Assembly: GCF_001194135.2 (NCBI RefSeq)
Contig: NC_069003.1
Coordinates: 9,102,904 to 9,138,395 of the forward strand
Source: Octopus bimaculoides
Taxonomy: Eukaryota
Direction: 5' to 3'
Length of the DNA stretch: 35,492 nt
The position numbers and the translations under genes were made by a program. Under the pieces are notes generated by a model. The model was not told where the DNA came from and made no database searches. It was given only the letters and a program-made list of their open reading frames with translations. How positions within the stretch are numbered: the first letter of the stretch is position 1; each line of letters opens with the position of its first letter. Shown in pieces: positions 33,120 to 35,492 of the stretch.

Positions 33120-33380
33120 TTAATCGATAAACTTGTGTGTGTATGAGATGATAAATCAATCAATTTGTAAGTATAATCAATCGGTACATAAGGACGTTGC
33201 AGTCAAACAATACGTAATCAATCGATATATTTCAATTAATCGATATATGATGAATGATAAAATCAGTTATATATGAGGTCATTTAAATCATTCTATATAT
33301 AACACGGATGATAGATCAGTCGTTATATACGGGTGTTTGAATTAATCGACATCTACGAAATGATAAATCAGTCAATATAT
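33120..33380. repeat. Highly degenerate AT-rich minisatellite built on aatc(a/g)..tatat units
   Basis: Recurring taatcaatcgatatat / aaatcagttatat / aaatcattctatat / taaatcagtcaatatat. Confidence 0.5.
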
Positions 33381-33390
33381 TAGGATATTA

Positions 33391-33514
33391 AGGCGGCGAG
33401 CTGGTAGAATCGTTAGCACGCCGGGCGAAATGCTTAGCGGTATTTCGTCTACCGCTACGTTCTGAGTTCAAATTCCAAACAGTTGAGAAGCGAGCTCTTT
33501 AACCACGCAGCCAT
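33391..33514. mobile_element. Family D head (+, 33391-33476) fused to a family B head (-, 33478-33514)
   Basis: aggcggcgagctggtagaatcg...gagttcaaattcc, then the reverse complement of atggctgcgtggttaaagagctcgcttctcaact. Confidence 0.75.
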
Positions 33515-33854
33515 CACTTCGTCAATGAGAAAAGAATATTTGGATGAGAGCATTTTACACATTTTCACAGAGCCAAATTAATTACTAATTCTCTCTCTCT
33601 CCAGACCAATGCAGTAATTTATATTAATGATAGTTAAAACACATTTTCTGCTGCATTACAATAATTTTGACTAATTATTGTTAGAATAACAGAAATTAAT
33701 CCTAAAAATTTAGTTTACTTACCTTTTAAGCTTATAGAAAACAAAACACATATTACCTAAACGTATTAGGTCTGTGGTGCTTAGTGCAATTAATTTATTA
33801 ATTAATAACAAATATTTTGACAGTGTTTTATTTAGGAAAGTTTTTGAAAAATCA

Positions 33855-34035
33855 GGCTTGACTCAGTGGTTAACGAGGTCATTTTTTTTTTCTGTTTTTT
33901 TTTTTTCAACCATGTGGTTTTTGGTTTTTTTTGTTCGATCCCACTGTGCAGCACATTGGTCAATGGACATGGCTGACTTGCGCCATGTGATGGAATTCGG
34001 CAGAGGGAAATGGAACTGTGCGGAAGCCCGTCGTA
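33855..34035 (+). mobile_element. Strongly degraded family B copy
   Basis: caaccatgtggttt...gttcgatcccactgtgcagcacattgg...ggaactgtgcggaagcccgtcgtata. Confidence 0.6.
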
Positions 34036-34609
34036 TATGTGCGTGTGAGTGTGTATGTTTGTGTGTGTGCGTGCGTGCGTGTGTGTAAGTGTAAGCGTAT
34101 TCAGNNNNNNNNNNNNNNNNNNNNNNNNNNNNNNNNNNNNNNNNNNNNNNNNNNNNNNNNNNNNNNNNNNNNNNNNNNNNNNNNNNNNNNNNNNNNNNNN
34201 NNNNNNNNNNNNNNNNNNNNNNNNNNNNNNNNNNNNNNNNNNNNNNNNNNNNNNNNNNNNNNNNNNNNNNNNNNNNNNNNNNNNNNNNNNNNNNNNNNNN
34301 NNNNNNNNNNNNNNNNNNNNNNNNNNNNNNNNNNNNNNNNNNNNNNNNNNNNNNNNNNNNNNNNNNNNNNNNNNNNNNNNNNNNNNNNNNNNNNCCGTTC
34401 CTAACAGTGACCACCGCTTTGAGAGTGCACTGGGTGCGTTTCTCACGGCAGCAGCGCCATAGAGGTCGTAAGTCGAGTAAATTGTACTTTTAAGAGTCCA
34501 TTAGAACCAAAGATGCTTAAAACAAAGACATTCATTTAGCTAAAAGGATGCTATGACAACATTCGCTTTCTGCTTCTCATTACTATATTACCTACGTAAA
34601 CCTACCTGT

Positions 34610-34873
34610 TCCATATGTGCGTGTGTGTGTGTGTGTTGGGTGGAGAAATATGTATTGGTAATTTGTGTGGCAACACATGCACACTTACACACACACACAC
34701 ACACACATGCACACGCACACACATACACACACACTCACGTGCACACATACACACACGCGAATAAATCGATAGAATGGTAGATCGTCATAAATCTAGATAT
34801 GTATATATACATATGTGTGTGTGTGAGTGCGTGTGTTTGTGTGTGCATGTGTGTGTATGTGTGTATATCTATG

Positions 34874-34921
<48 letters not shown>

Positions 34922-35406
34922 CATGTATGTGTGTATGTGAGTGTGTGTGCTGGTGTGTGTGTATGTGGGTGCATGTGTGTATGCGCATGTATATGTATAT
35001 ATATATGTATGCATGTATGTGTATATATATGTATGTATGTATGTATGCATGTATCTATATGTACGCATGTATGTTTGAATGTACGCAGGTGTAAGTGTGG
35101 GTGTAATGTATTTATACTTAATGTACAAGGTATGGCCAGAATGGCAAATCGATCGAGTTACATATATATAAACATGCGCGCGGGCACCTACACACATACA
35201 CACGCAGGCTCATATATCAGTCTGTGGGTTGGTGTGCTTGTCAATGCATGTAAATGCATACGTGTGCTCACACAAAGACACACACACACATACGTGTGTA
35301 TATAAGTATGCGTTTGGCTAAAGTTATGCACTAATGTATGTAACTACACATGGATATATGTACCTACAAATATGCATGTAAGTGCGCACTTACCAACGTG
35401 TGTGTT

Positions 35407-35437
<31 letters not shown>

Positions 35438-35492
35438 ATGCAAACATATATATGTATATATATGCAGAAATATATATCGATATATATATATA
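34610..35492. repeat. Mixed degenerate (TG)/(CA)/(TA)/(TATG) microsatellite region
   Basis: Direct reading. Confidence 0.9.

Larger units (their letters stand above)
1..35492. other. Gapped draft scaffold with 17 N-gaps, mostly flanked by (AT)n or (TG)n tracts
   Basis: N runs start at 2820, 4667, 10112, 11652, 12460, 14735, 15869, 17514, 18653, 20569, 21612, 24299, 28062, 29495, 30419, 32141 and 34105. All poly-X ORFs in the track come from these gaps. Confidence 0.98.

Noticed and set aside
34395-34473. GC-richer stretch ending at a GTAAGT donor-like site, with a CTCF-like agcgccat word
   Set aside because: The 5' side is lost in a gap, the CTCF core is incomplete, and no frame can be chosen.
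1-35492. Long ORFs in the six-frame track (YIYI, CVCV, HTHT, poly-X, poly-N/I/L)
   Set aside because: They are translations of microsatellites and N-gaps, with no protein information.

Overview
Eukaryotic, AT-rich, microsatellite-saturated, gapped scaffold (17 N-gaps) that looks like intronic or intergenic DNA. The tRNA-derived SINE families and the density of (AT)n/(TG)n/(TATG)n tracts suggest an octopus (coleoid cephalopod) genome; this is inferred from pattern recognition, not a database search. No intact gene is visible. Nearly all ORFs in the supplied track are microsatellite or N-gap artefacts. Recognisable content: about 25 copies or fragments of four tRNA-headed SINE families (A, B, D, E are my working labels); decayed coding remnants of three retroelement types (restriction-like-endonuclease LINE C-terminus twice, a YRDD-type Penelope-like RT, an RTE LINE 3' end); two small TIR palindromes (MITE-like); and several strong hairpins. 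I found no novel protein-coding system. The best leads are non-coding: (i) a ~400-bp diverged repeat pair with conserved hairpins and an inverted loop; (ii) an identical 25-bp CRE palindrome in front of two D-family SINE sequences; (iii) two pre-miRNA-like hairpins and a GAAA-tetraloop hairpin; (iv) an E-box/CRE/CCAAT/D-box cluster; (v) repeated closely spaced inverted or fused SINE pairs; (vi) two phase-compatible candidate exons on the minus strand. Boundaries of decayed elements are approximate and percent identities are eye alignments.
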